A stretch of DNA of 64,000 bases from an uncultured bacterium. GTDB lineage: Bacteria > Chloroflexota > UBA5177 > JANWHV01. The stretch's first letter is position 1; each line of letters starts with the position of its first letter. Location: the NCBI GenBank assembly GCA_963827235.1, contig CAWHAE010000016.1, positions 224,001-288,000 on the forward strand, in the 5' to 3' direction. Under the pieces are notes generated by a model that saw only the letters and a list, made by a program, of their open reading frames with translations, was not told where the DNA came from and did no database searches. Positions 62,892 through 64,000 of this stretch are shown piece by piece. The position numbers and the translations under genes were made by a program.

Positions 62892-64000
<1,109 letters not shown>

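Overview
GC-rich bacterial chromosomal window. The gene content (XRE-HTH/NTPase/TPR regulators, Thr/Ser/Pro-rich secreted proteins, SH3b-M23 peptidase, sulfocyanin) resembles soil Chloroflexota, but that taxonomy is an inference. About 3-23 kb is an accessory, decayed zone: intact genes (HD-GYP, VOC, SagB-type nitroreductase, MerR-CMD pair, STAND regulator, PhyH dioxygenase, class III aminotransferase) are mixed with many gene fragments, a truncated IS transposase and a 5' remnant of a group II intron. About 25-44 kb is rich in secreted/surface proteins, with a second STAND regulator, GNAT-ornithine cyclodeaminase, DedA, a rhodanese behind a CsoR-type operator, and a sulfocyanin. About 44-59 kb is a LacI-controlled divergent carbohydrate locus: an ABC transporter with an embedded Ig-like membrane protein, LLM oxidoreductase, TIM-barrel isomerase, VOC, GH1, AKR and Gfo/Idh/MocA on one side, and an epimerase, LarA-family enzyme and hydrolase on the other. 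The window ends in an AGE-epimerase/STAS/glgX cluster resembling the Synechocystis icfG (slr1855-57) locus. No rRNA, tRNA or CRISPR array was seen. Family assignments come from motif recognition by eye; no searches were run.
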